DNA of 63,039 nt, filler included, from Choristocarpus tenellus KU-1152 (GCA_964200185.2; 11 parts of 11 records of this genome joined end to end with filler, not necessarily neighbours in it); one strand, 5' to 3'; shown: positions 38,121 through 51,766, counted from the first letter of the whole stretch. Numbers and translations: made by a program. The notes: generated by a model from the letters alone, not told the origin.

Positions 38121-39485
38121 TACTTTGAGCCCCTTACCTGGGTGTAGGTTCGAAGATCTGTCTCAAACCCGAAAGAGTCAATCGCAGGGATAAACGCCTT
38201 CACCGTATAAAAGGGAGCTCCGGGCTTGGGCGTATCCTGCGGAACAACAAAACACATTTCATTATTAAAAAAAATTTATATCTATATATCTCTCTCTCTA
38301 TATCTATTATTTATTTTCTTTTCCAGTAAAAAAAAAGAAAAAAGACAAGTCTCTTTTTATCCAACTATTTTTTTTTCTGAAAAAACCCATTGTTTAAGAG
38401 AAACGCAGAACTAAATAATAAAAAAATAGTAGTTCATTTTGTTGTCACCGTTGACCATATTTGAAACTGCATGTCTCTAAGAACTCCCAACACATCGACC
38501 TCACCGAGCTAAACAGACTCTGCTATTGAAGAGCGGATGCAGACTCACAACTCACACGCCATTAACAAAAAAAAAAATCAGACACCGGAAACGGTATCAA
38601 CAAAAATAATAGTAAAATAAATAAATAAATAAGTTGCATTCAATTATTTCAGTCATCATCAGAAAAAAAGTAAATGCGGTAAAAATATTATTTGTCAGTG
38701 CGACATTCCTGAGAACAACAAAGTCAGTCAGAACGTATCAAAGATTCACACAAAACAACAAACACATTGGGGGGATTGACTTATCGGTGTGTCAGTGCAA
38801 CGCATACACCCCACCAATAGTCATATGGACACTAATACTCCATACCACCATCACTTTCTTTCACAGTGAAGTCATAACATCCCGCCAACTCTATTGCTCC
38901 TGTATTCAACTCCCCCCCTCATCGTCATCTATCCAACGACCATCAAAAGTCAAGAGTAGAGGAGTCAACTCTTCAATCTATATATACAGTACAAAACGAG
39001 GCATCACAAAAGACTAAAATAAAATAAATCAAATAGGGGGGGCATGAACAGGAGACAACTAGCATACCCTCAAAATAGTCAAAAAACATTCTACAGCAAT
39101 AACTACAGACTGAGAGCCACAAAACTTACACCACCAGAAATTTAGACAGAATCTTTAAAAGTCAGCAGCCCTCCTCCCCATCAACCTCCGCGCACCATCN
39201 NNNNNNNNNNNNNNNNNNNNNNNNNNNNNNNNNNNNNNNNNNNTTAATTAATTAANNNNNNNNNNNNNNNNNNNNNNNNNNNNNNNNNNNNNNNNNNNNC
39301 CCCCCCCGGATACTTCGACCCACTCTAATTATTGACTAATTATGCCGAAGACCGCAATAATAGCAATCAATAACTAGAGTTATCTTCATGATACAATTAT
39401 ACATGCTTCAAAATGATACACCATTATGCACCATGCCATATGCTATGCCACAGCACTCGAAGGCGTCTGGCAACTTTGATTATAG

Positions 39486-41364
39486 CCTTGGCTGGTGTGG
39501 GGTGTATCATCTTCCTTCCCCTGTTTGGTCTGGTGGCTGTGGAACAGATGTTATACTATTTTGGTGAGTGGATGCAATAGTCACTACTAATGTAAATAGA
39601 AATGTAATAATCACTACTAACATAAATTCAATTGTACTGTGTCCATGTTAGGCTATTGATTAGAAATGGGAGTATGAGAGTATTTATACATACACCATTT
39701 TAACTTTGCTACTGGATTGGGTACCACTTGACACTTGACACTTGATGTTGGCATGCAAGATAAAGACTCTTCCCCCATCTAATTTCCGTAGAAAAGGAAG
39801 TTCTCAATATGTAAATATGAACAGCCAACAGCTGGTGGAAAGGTTTCCAATATTCAAAAATGATGTATGTCAGTCTAGCCAAGGTGTCTCCATCCCATCC
39901 ACTCATCCCTAATGACCATTTCTTGAGTTGGCATTGATTGCATCATATTGAGTTGGCTTGAGATGACCATTTCTTGTTGATCACCTACCTGCTGTAGTGG
40001 TTGTGGAAGGGAATCTTGTCACATGACTTGTCAATTCCCCAATTTGAATTTGAACTTGTTCTGGATGATATTTTGATAAATAATACTATTTTAATTCATG
40101 GTAATGGCAAATGGAACTTGATACTATGGATGATACAGAGTTAGGGTTAGGGTTAGTAGATACAATAATACCATTGATATAATAGGATAGGGTGATAATG
40201 TTGAGGTAAATGCAACACTTTGGTTGTATGTAGTGGGGAAAGCACATTATGAATGATATTTATAACAAATTTACACTATCTACAGTCCACTTGCTTTGTT
40301 TGCACATAATCACATAATTATTACCTATTATTACCTATTCATTATATCAATAGCACTTGACAGAAATTCAGTAGTATTAGTATACTACTATTACTATACT
40401 CACTATACTAGTAATGTACAGGCACAACAAGGTACAAGTACCTCAATGGTGCTTTTGTAGTGCCCATTGAATGGTGCAATATTGTAGCCCTGATATTCTA
40501 GTGCTGATAGTTCCAATGCTATGATCATCCTCCAGTACTGGTTGTGTTCTCCATGCACATGACATGACATCCTTTCTGTTTATTTGTTTTGTAAGGTGCT
40601 GTGGGTTTCTTGCTCTACTTCATTGTGGTGGAGGCAAGTCTTGTCAAAGGGAACATGGTATCAGAGAAGAGTCACTCCAACTCAAGTGTAATGGCCTCAT
40701 CGTATTGGCTTGTACACTTCACAATCGGGTTAGTCATCATGGTGCCAATCATGGTTGTGGCCTTCTTCCCCTTTGCAGCACACTTCCAGGTAATTGGCAT
40801 GTCTGTACTTAGCATTAATTATTACAGTGTTCACCATAGTAAATTCAAGGATAAACTAATCTTTTTACAACATTGCAGTTACTATTATTACTATGATAAT
40901 AATATTACTTGCTGCACATACTGCCTTGTACTGTAGTGTGTTTTTTGTTGTACCTTAACTTGACACTTTTGTTAGATAACACTTTGTTAGATAACACTTT
41001 GTTAGATAACACTTTGTTAGATAACACTTTGTTAGATAACACTTTGTTAGATATTGCTATTGTGCGGTATGACCTTCTCCTAGTGACAAGCATACTAATT
41101 GTTGTAACCATTAACAAGCTCATCCAACCAAGGTACATGCTCTATGTCACCCATCCCTGGCGCTCACTTATCGTATTGCAGACTAGAATGCTCTTCAACC
41201 AGAATTTCAGTGCCAGATTCACAAGTGCTAAGCTGTTTGCAACAGAAAGAGAGAGGCAAGATGCTAAGAAAAGCAAGGGAGTGCTTCCTCCCCCCAATAA
41301 AGCCAGCACAAGCACATCAAAGGCAAACACATCATCCATCTCATCTCGTACAAAAGCATCATAG
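39486..41364 (+). CDS. 1,3-beta-glucan (callose-type) synthase, GT48 family, last three exons: join(39486..39563,40596..40789,41182..41364); 5' partial
   Basis: Phase-compatible exons give transmembrane segments ending IGLVIMVPIMVVAFFPFAAHFQ|TRMLFNQNFS. This matches the conserved GT48 C-terminal FP..FQTRLLFNQAFS motif. Confidence 0.85.
40963..41053. repeat. 15-bp minisatellite (ACACTTTGTTAGATA) x6 in the last GT48 intron
   Basis: Directly visible; explains the spurious LLDNT/NKVLS ORF repeats. Confidence 0.95.
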
Positions 41365-44300
41365 TCATTGTCATCTTTGTGATGATCTCAGTTTGGGCTA
41401 TGCTACTATGGTGTGTCGTGTTGCACTCTATCTACATGTGGGGTGTGTGTGTGTGTGTTGTGCACAGGGTGGTTAGTGTGACTCACGAAAGTTTATTCAA
41501 GAGTTTTCAGGGTTAGGGTTAGGTAGTGAAGTGTAGGTAGTGAAGTGTATGTGTACTTAGTATTAATACATTATTCCATTGGTTGGGCGATGTGGTTTCT
41601 TTGAGAGATGATGCCATCGATGGTATAAAAACTATCAAGCAAGGCTCCACTGTATTTACAGACAAGTATTGGGCTTTCTTAACATCCTACTGCTACTCAA
41701 AAGGATTGTCAACAGTGTGCCTTTGTAAAGGTGTTGATGTTGGTGGGTTGTGATGGCTTGCTGCTATGGTCAGTGCTGACTAATAATTACAATTACTTCT
41801 TAGTTAGGTTGTACTACAAAGTACTGTTTGGTGAGGTGAAGAGCTCTTTGCAGTATTATGCTGCTCTTGAAAGATTGATTGTTTTTCATTTTGTTCATGT
41901 CATGATTTGTTTCTTTTTACTTCTTCTCAATAGTTTTGTATCATTACTATTATCAGGAGTGCTCAGTATATATTTGTATCCGTATTGGTGGAAGGGGTGC
42001 AGTACACACAATGTCTGTCCCTCCCTCTGCACATAGTCTGGAGATTTAGTATTGGTATAATCTACTATTAATAGGCATGCTGCATTTCTATTATTGGTAG
42101 AGTACAATGGCATGTTTTGGGATCTTTTTTTGATTGTATGTTGCGTATTGTAGTATCATTTCCCGGGTTGTCGGCATGTTGGCAATGATATGAAGGAGAC
42201 TTTCCTACAGTTTCTCTTTTAGGAATGGGTGGGGGGTTAAGGTGGTCACTATTACCTTAGGTTGTATCATTGTTGTATGTCATGCAATCTTGTTGATGGA
42301 AGGTTCCACGTGCAGTGGAGGAAGGGGACCAGAAGTTGTCAGTGCATAACCAAGGGTAATGTTGCGTTGTTCCCAAGTGGTTCATGTTTCACCTGTGTTG
42401 TGACGGCTCTTATTAGTCAACAGGTGTGTGCTAATGTAGCTCATTCCTGCTGGTTACAACTGTCTTCTGTTGGCAGTTTGTTGGGGTAGCTAGCTTTACC
42501 TATATCACTGCAGGAATAGGCCTGCTTGCAAAAGCTTTATGCACTGAAACGTTTGAGGAGGGTGTAGGATACCAACTAGTTCCCCGAAGGAATTTAGTGG
42601 CATGTGTCACCAGTACTGAAAATAGTAGTTACCAAGAACCACTGTGGTGATTTTAAGACACTCTTTTGAGTTCATCTCTAAATTGGACATCAAACTATCT
42701 GTTGTTGGTGATACTCACAAATATCAAGTATGGTGGCTGTAGATCTGTCAGTGATCTCACTTCTGAGTCATGTTTCTTTTCTCAAAAACAAAATTCTCCA
42801 ATGATGTACTGATTATTTGTTTATGTGAAATATTGAACTCTTGTCAGAATGGGAAAGACTGACTATTAGTATACTATAGATGCACAAGCTGAGTGGCATA
42901 TATACTGCTCAAGGGCCGTAGTAGGTCCTAAGGGCAAAACGTTAACCAGGTATTGAGGACTCTGGTAGTTCAGTTTGAAGAATAAGAATAACATCTGATT
43001 ATAAAGCAACTAGATCTGTTGGACAAAATAGAATTGGAACAAATTTGACTACGTCATTGGCAGCTCCTACTATTTTCCTTGCAATTTCTTCACCCCTATT
43101 GTGAAGACTAGTAAAATTGCCTCAAGTTAAGGTCTCGCGGGAGTTATTAAGTTATAAGATTTTAGTAATAGTAATAGTAGTAGTAGTAGTAATAACAGTA
43201 GTAGTAATAGTATAATAAAACAGAAATGTAAGGTTGTCAAGATTGTCAAGGTGAAGTGCCACATGCACAGCTACACCAATATTGGAATGCAGCAGTAATT
43301 CAGAGATACAAGTATGTACCAAACTTGATTATCCTCTGTTGAGCTAGCTATGCACTATCTCTGGAAGGCCCCCATTCCATATCCACCTCCTTAACTTGCC
43401 AACTTCCTTTCTTCAATCAAACTGTATATATATATATATCTGTTGTACAATTCCAGTCGATTGCATGTTAATGTGGTAGGGTGGTTGTACTAACAGAAGC
43501 AGAAGCCTGATGAGTTGTTGAGTTAAATTGACTCCATAGCAAAGCACACCATATAACTGCCAAGGAAACGCACAATGCCATAGGCAATGTATACTAACAA
43601 ATCATTACATACTATTAAAATAATGTTGATACAATGTAAGGTGGTAACTGTTAGATCACATGTATTTAGCTTTAGAATATATGCCCACTGAATTTTTGTG
43701 GATTGTCGTTGCTATTTTTAAATTTGTATTAATATAGTAGTAATTGGACTATTAAGACAGGGTGAGGAATAAGTAACCCCACAGTACGTTACCTGGTGAG
43801 CTTCTAAATTCCAATTAAGTTTCCCTTTCTCATCTCAGACAGAAGAGTGCTTTACCACCTTGATTTGTCATGATCCACTTTGAAAGAGTAGCACATGACG
43901 TTGACCAATCCACATATTAAAATATCTAATGACAGTCAGATTTTATTATCGTAAGCTGTCAACACACCAACATGGTATCTTTCCATCATAGTGATTTTAT
44001 GCACTATAGACTGCTGGAGGTTCTGATCTGAACTATGTTGATAGATTGATCTGCTTCTTTTTTTTTTAACATTTATTATGACCATTGGTTGAAGAAAGGT
44101 ATAAACTGACAGTCTAACTTCAGAACAATTGTATACAATTGATATTAATGTAATAATACTGGCGATGACCTTTTTGGTCCTCGAGTCACCTCTTGAGGTC
44201 ATGTGTAGTACACGCACTGCCACATCCATACTGATGACAAAAAATACTTGGATTGCGAAAAATATTGCACTCTATTTTGTGAGGAATGTTTAATTCTCCC

Positions 44301-45160
44301 CAGTGAGGAGTTGAATATGAAATTGGGTGGGAACCACTTTGGGTTTTGTTGTATTTTCATTATGCAGTTAATAGGTGCCAAACACGTAGACGCTGGCAAC
44401 TGTGCGAGGTGGTTGAATATTCTAAATTCTAGTTAAGGTCATGTGTTAGATTGATAGGGTCTCCAATCCTGTGTTGTATAGGGGTTGTGTGGGAGAGTTT
44501 GACTTTTTAAGTGCTAGATAAAAGCTTTATTTTGGTGTTCTATGAGACCCCTTCAGCCTTCAACACATTAGTCAAATATAAATATTTCTAAAGCAATAGA
44601 TAGAAGCCTTCTCTGGCAGTTCTATGGGACCCTCGCACCCTTGTTGTGACTAACCAAAAATAAAATAAATGGTAGATACTAGAAAGATAGAAGCCCTCAT
44701 CATGGGTTGTATGAGACCCCCTCACCCTAGTCAAACAATGTATGTATATTAGATATTTTTGTAAAGCAGACTGTACAACACTAACAAATTAGTATTGGGG
44801 GTGCTTATTTGACATGCAATCAAACAGTGCTAAGTTCCCCGAAAATTTGGAACTTGAAATAAATGCAAATGGAGAAGACAACTCCATATCAGATGGAGAT
44901 CTTGAAAGTTCATGTTGAGGCTGAGATCAATTACTGCCCAATAAAACCATCCATGTGCATTGATCATGTGGAAGGGACTTTGTCTTCTGTCAAGGGGATG
45001 ATCTCAAGGGCAGATAGGATTAAATCCAGGAGGATCTAAAGTAAATTGGCTTGAAATAATCAAGTTTTAGCATGGTTGAGTTTAGGTACCAAAATCGCCT
45101 GCTGACCTATAAAATGGAACAGAATGAACTCAAAAATGTCTCAATGACTCCTCCCATTAA

Positions 45161-45200
<40 letters not shown>
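45161..45200. repeat. (TAC)n microsatellite
   Basis: About 13 perfect units. Confidence 0.95.
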
Positions 45201-45201
<1 letters not shown>

Positions 45202-46900
45202 ATACAATATTTGTAGCTGTTTTTTTTAACTCTAAAAGTTTGGATGGACTCTTCCTATACTTTTTGACTCAACAACATGACATCTCGAAGCAAACTCTCT
45301 TCAAGAGTATTGCTCTTCTAGTAATGGTTATTTACATTCATCACACATGAGAAGAATTTAACATTATTACAGTATGCTTTTCATTAACACGTTCATTTCC
45401 TCCCACATCTAGTGTATGTATCCTTGCATGGATCACAACTCTTGAATGTAACCATGTATAACGTACAATCCATGATACTGATTATACCATACTACATACA
45501 GACGCTGTTACATGTTCCGTCCTAAGGGATCTGCACATGGATGTAGTAAGAAATGTCTTACCCATAATTATTTCGGACGAAACAGAGCCTTCCAACATGT
45601 TCATAATGGTAGGAAATTTATCAGGTTTGAAAGTATCCGTATCGATCAACAACGGTCAGAATGCGTCATCAGCTACGTACTACGTACTACTAGGTTGAAT
45701 GTTCTTGCTCCTGCTGTGCCAGCTATTAACCTACATTAAATATGTAATACATGTTACATAATATCATATATATATATATATATTTCCTTCTTTGGAAATT
45801 GCTGGCTTAACCTATTGATGTGGCTATATGAAGTAAGTGATGGATAATGGAATTATAGAGGGAATGGCCCCAAGGGCCATACAGGACAATGAATGGTACA
45901 GAGTAAATGGGATTGACAATTTGCTGGGCAACAAAGACAAGAAAGAGCCTAACACCGAGTACAACAGATATATATATATATATATGTATACATTGTGTAT
46001 GTATTATATATTTCATATCTACAATGTTCCTCATTTTTTCTGCTAAATTTCTTTTATTTCATGTTTTTTCTGCTATATTACGATTATTACGAAGTCTTGA
46101 AGACCTTACTAATGTGGAAAAAGTGAATATCAAAGTGGGCTGGCTGCATTGTAGAGTAATAAACAGTCAGCATTTGAGTAAACCGAACTATGCACTGTCC
46201 TAGACACCATCACACCATAGAGCATCATACACCAATTAGGCTGGAAAATGTTTCTGGAAAACAAGCGTTGAAGAGCTGATGATGCCAATGGTGCAAGCGT
46301 GATGCCAATGTTGCCCTAACCAGAGATGTTATACACAAGCCTTATGTGAGACAATGGATGTATTTGAGTTGTTCATGGATAGTGCTGCTGATACACTATA
46401 GACTCCACCAATGGATTATATAATTGGATGGAGAGCCAGTGATAGGTATACCATGTTAGTTGACACACTAGTGTCCATTTGTAGTTTCTGAATCTCACAT
46501 TTGAAAAGGCTATTAAGAAAAAACCACAACGAGAGAGACTTATGGAACAGAGGGAGTAAAATATGCCCCATTCTGTGTTCCATTATTTCGGAACTATTTC
46601 AGAACAGATTTATGTGTAGAATCCTTTGAAATTTTGATTTTGATGTCAAATATTCCAAATATTCCAACGCAAAAATCCGTTTTGTGATCAGAGGTCGTCC
46701 CGAAGAGCTACAACTTAACGGCCCAGAACTATGGGACAGAGGTAGTATTATACTTTTACCAAGTACATACTGCACTACTTCTTGTACTAACTACTAATTG
46801 TCACATTATGACTCTTTCCACTGCCTTGTTTGTCCCTCGCTGTTCATGCGTTGGGTTGGTTCTGGCATCTCACAGACCACTGCTATGCCTTCTCCCTCGG

Positions 46901-47134
46901 TACCTTGATACCTGGATACCTTGATACCTTGATACATGATACATGGTACCTTGATACATGATATATGATACATGATACATGATACATGATACCGTGATAC
47001 ATGATACATGATATATGACACATGATACATGATACATGATACATGATACATGATACATGATATATGATACATGATATATGATATATGATACATGATACAT
47101 GATATATGATATATGATATATGATACATGATACA
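46901..47134. repeat. 7-bp satellite (TGATACA/TGATATA/TGATACC variants), about 33 units
   Basis: Directly visible; produces the spurious MYHVSCI ORFs. Confidence 0.95.
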
Positions 47135-50100
47135 TGTTGTACTGGAATTGCCTCGGTATAATTCATAAATGAAGCCTTGCTCTCCAAGCTTGTTCTGGGT
47201 TTGTTGTTTTTCTGGTAGAGTGACAGATAGGATATTAAATAACACAGGTGTACAACCTGTTGTGCTTTCCACATGGACTTGGGATAATCAAAACAGATTT
47301 GCATGAAGAAGTCTGATGTAGAGCGTGTTTGAATCAGTGCATTCTTACAGCTATAACATGGTCCGTTATCCACTGAGCAGCTACATGGACACTTTGGTGT
47401 GTAGTGGATGCCCTGAAGAGTCACACCTTTTCTCCTGGCTTGTTCAAAGACACAATAACAGTGATTGCTTTACATTGACTTGTACATAGCACCAAAAATG
47501 TTGATGTTTTTTGGTGTGTTATTTTGAAATGATGTGCCATACTACTCATACAAAGTACAGGGGGAAAAGGAGTGAGTGTGTGACTAAGTGTGTGTAGGAC
47601 AAAGCATTTCGAAGAGCTATACCAGAACCCCATTTGCCTTGGTGAGAACATAAGAGGAAATTATTGTTTCACACATGTATGGCATAAAATGTCAGGGCAT
47701 TGAAGAGACACACAATAAGTGTACAGACCAAAACCTATCCTGTATAGTGTTGAAGACCCAACCCCTAACCCATGAAGAAACAAAGAGTTAGGATTGCAAG
47801 GTATCGATCTTCAGACAAGGAGACATATTCACACACACACACAAAGAAACCTCTGTAGAATAGACACAATAGGTGTGTGTGAGGCCTATTGAACCTTGAT
47901 GATTATAAAGCCAAAGTCAAACAAAGGAGGTACAAAAATTGCTTCCACATTGAACTGTTGCACCTACTCTTGACATTCAATTAGACCCAGCACCCATAGA
48001 CTAGCCAGAATCGCGCTGTTAGCTGTTGTTAGCTGTAATGTACACCAAGGAGAAAAAACTGTTAACCCAGAGGCTATTATGCACCAACGGGATGACATAT
48101 GCTAACAGTTAACAATTTTTATTTTATTTTGAGGAGTCAATCCTTTGCACTCTACTGTTTTTGAATAAATCTGGGAGGTCATGGGGCCGTGTTTGGGTAA
48201 TTTTACTGTGTACATCATCATCAAATAATTCAGGTGGAAGAAACAAAATGATAGATGGGGATCTCACACAAACAAGATGAAGTATTACTAGAAAAAAAAC
48301 CAGTGCCAGGCAGTGGTCTTCGCAATAACTTCAAAAGGCAAAAAATCTCTTGACCTGAAGATTTGGATTCATCCTTTCACCTCAATTAATTTCAAAAGCC
48401 GCTTTCTTCCCTTGAGTCTCCAATTAATAGTACAGGAGAGGGCTGCAGTTGATCCTCATCACAAACACCGTGCAACTTTTACCAATCTACTAGCCTATTT
48501 TTCTATTAAGATTATGAACACTTTACCAATCTATTGGAAGCTTTGTTTGATCAATTCTTCTTCTTGCCACAATGAGGCCCTTACCAAGGTGAGTTGCTGG
48601 ATTTGGTACTGGACCTGTGTTTGAGCATTGCGTTGAGGATGAGCACCTCCGCAGATAACTATGCATCATTTTGATATGGGGTGATCCACATCGCTTGCAT
48701 CGTAGTCGTCCTGGAAGGAGCTTGTGGGATTGAATATCGCTTGAGGGTCTGTACGAGGAGACACAGAAATAAAAATAAAAATAATAAAAATAATAATAAG
48801 AGGATAGCACACCTCATTGGTGTATCCATTGTCAGGCAAAGAGAGACATTGATTCCTCTCAGACTTGTAGTTAACAAGACATGTAAATGTAGCCAAATAG
48901 AGATGGAGGAGAAGATAGTTCAAGGGAGCATACATACATCTATCTGCACAATATCTTGAGTCGGCTTATGTCGGTTTTTAGGACATAGAAGCACTTCACT
49001 ACACTAGCCTAGTGCATAATACTGCTACTACCACTATTCTGTGGACAAATTGCAAGCAGTGCTCACCCAGATAGCAAACACCGGAGCTTGACATTATTCT
49101 GTAGTGATGTCTTGACATAAGAAACCCTGGTGACCTCTGGTGATGGAAAGGGTGTGATTATTTCTGTTTGGTGAGATGTGGACATCCTTGTGAGGTTCCG
49201 CTTGCTCCTTGCTCGACCAGGACACACAAAGTTGTGGAATAACTGCCAAGGAGAAGGAAGTTGTAGGAAATCATGTCAACAAGCGAGGGCTGCATAAGTT
49301 GCTCCATGACCATATGCCACTAATATAAGATGAAGAGAGGTGCCAAGACTAAACCACTTGAAAAGCTTTAGATAGCAAGTCACAAGTTGAAAGCCATCAA
49401 GAGATGAGGTGTTTTCAAGACAGCATAAACAATACATGTACTTCAAAACACGTACATATTTAGGTTTAAACAAACAATGCCCCTTCCCATGACCTGTGTG
49501 GTAAGCTGTCAATGTTTATAAATGGTTTTTTCATATTACATTGTGATGATCAAACAAAATATGCTAGAGGAGCTGTAATGGTTTTGGGATAAAAATAGCT
49601 GGCCTCACAAAGATTGCTATACATTTAATGGGAGTGGTTTCTATGTCAATAATCCATAATGTGTCCCAAATGTTGGGATCCAGATATTTCTCTACTCAGA
49701 AATAATCTTCTGCCAACTATGCAGCTAATTCGTGCCCCTAGTGAACTTCAATGCTCTGAAGGTTTTGTAAAGGAAAGCTTGAAAAACTGGATAACTGGGT
49801 CCTGGATATGGAAGGTCATATTTTACTGACTCTAGGAGGGCAGTGAAGGTGATTAAAATTCTGGACGCTGATCTCAAAAAATGACAACAGAAGTGAGTAG
49901 AAGTCATTGGATAATCCCTACAGAATAAAATATTCTGAAGTGGGATCTCAGTGCTATGGATGTGCAAGCACACTAGAGGGCATGCCACTGTGTTTATAAG
50001 AACGCAAGATGTGAATTGGTTCAAGGCTTTCAACCTAATTGTGACCGAAGCCAATGGTCGAGAGGTACCAAAATTACAATCCACATGTGCACTGAGTGCG

Positions 50101-50383
50101 ATTCAACTATCAAATGTTTGTTGTGAAGAAAAAGGGCTCATGGAAGGATTGGAACCAACTGGAGAATAACACAAAATCAATTTAGGGTGCTGATTTGTTG
50201 CTCCTGCTAATGAACTTCAATCTACAAAAGTAGAAAACAAGTGTTGGCTCTTTGAATGCCAGTATGAAATCTTCTTGTCAAGAAATTTGAATATTCTTTG
50301 AATATATGGGGGGACTTCATTTGACCACCAACTTGTGTTGATACCTCAAAGTTTATCATGCACAAGCAATTCCATCGCCTCAC

Positions 50384-51295
50384 CCCGTCTGGTTGCTGCA
50401 GGCCACAAGAACTTTTCCTTGTGGCATGAGAGATAACTGAATTTGAAGCCATGTCAAGGCTTTTGCTTTTGGACCTAGTAGCGTTGGTGACCACCTCAAC
50501 TTGTGAATTCGCTTCAGAATCTTTAAGACCTGCAATAGAACTAGATGAATCCACTACCTCCCTGACCACCAAGCAGAAGAGAGAGAGAAAAGAGTGGGCA
50601 ACGAATTTTCATGAGAGTCCATTATCTTGATCTACGAGGTTGCATGATGAAGCTTTGGTTACCATTAGACGTGAACAAACAGATTTTATTTGAGGACTTC
50701 ACTTCAATTGCGCGATAGCTCAAATAAAGTCCAGTCAGGCAGACACACTTCTGGAGAATGATTTAGCGCCTGAGTGGTATCAATACCATTGTGAGGTGAG
50801 AAATACGAAATCTAGTTTCCCTAATTTCTGTCCGCACGCCGAGTCTGTTCACCTGCTGGACATCTTGCCGTGTTCCCGATGCACAAGGTCGTGAAACCTC
50901 ATCACGAAATGTTTCGTTTTCCCCGATTCATGCGGAGTTCTCGCTGAAAATCCCTCATCGAGCAACGACCTCATACTCGACGATGCCCTTGACACCGTAT
51001 CGGAGCTCTCCAATCCAGGACACGCTGTGAAAGAGGGGGTGTTATGTCTCCAATCTATATCCCATTCACCAGTTCGTGGGGTACAAGAAGTGTGCATTCT
51101 CAAAGTTGGCGGCCAAAAGTTGATATCTTCCTCAGTACACAAAAGGCGTTTCCAAGACGAGCACATGATACATGAAAGTGACCGTTGATTCAATCGGGAA
51201 CGTTTAGATGCGGTCTCCTTTCCTCCTCTCCAATTTGACTTTGAGGTAGATTCAAAAGACAGAAATGTTTTCTTGCTTCCATCAGTTACCAGCAC
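50384..51295 (-). CDS. Possible exons of an unidentified protein: 50384..50561 and 50853..(about 51295)
   Basis: Two stop-free frames joined in phase by an AG|GTGAAC donor and a pyrimidine-rich CAG acceptor; Ser-rich; no recognisable domain. Confidence 0.35.
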
Positions 51296-51514
51296 GTTTC
51301 AAATATCGTGTGATGGTATTTTGTGTATTAATTTTACTTTGTGACATTACATATTATATTGTTGTCCTTTGACATTTTCCAGATGTGTGAAGGGAAAACT
51401 AATGAAATCTAACGTCAGAAAAATGCCTAAATTTGTTTTGCTCACGAATTCTGCATTATTATTTTATTCTATTTTTGGATTCCACCCATTCCCCTCTTCC
51501 CCATTGTACCACCA

Positions 51515-51766
51515 CTTGTGATCAACCAGTGCGAACCCCTTCGCCACTGATTTCCAGTCACCTCCTCTCCCTGCGATGACCAACGAATGCCAATCCCTTT
51601 CGCAATTGATTTCCAGTCACCACCCACATCTGATGACCAACCAGTGCGAACCCCTTGGCCTTTGATTTCCAGTAATCCCCCCTTTGCGATAACCAACTAG
51701 TGTGAACCCCTTTGCCACTGATTTCCAGTCACCTCCTCGCCCTGCGATGACCAACGAATGCCAATC
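51515..51766. repeat. 56-59-bp minisatellite with 171-bp higher-order period, running into the contig end
   Basis: TGATTTCCAGT anchors at 51548, 51607, 51663 and 51719; units 1 and 4 are nearly identical. Confidence 0.88.

Larger units (their letters stand above)
37763..38131 (-). mobile_element. MITE family B copy with an about 190-bp insertion in its right TIR
   Basis: Left end GCCCAAAGTATCTGGGG; B body to the C-run at about 37932; TIR remainder TACTTTGAGCC at 38121-38131; CCTT directly repeated on both outer flanks. Confidence 0.75.

Noticed and set aside
38060-38133. Functional tRNA-Ala(GGC) gene starting GGGGCTC
   Set aside because: The apparent 5' acceptor strand is the MITE TIR plus flank, and three acceptor pairs mismatch.
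40905-41181. (LLDNT)n or (NKVLS)n proteins
   Set aside because: 15-bp minisatellite inside a GT48 intron.
41300-41460. PiggyBac-like Cys-rich domain (HCHLC..VCRVAL)
   Set aside because: Off-frame overlap with the GT48 last exon and 3' UTR; no transposase core nearby.
46806-47424. Repeat proteins (MYHVSCI)n
   Set aside because: Translation of a 7-bp satellite that is open in several frames.
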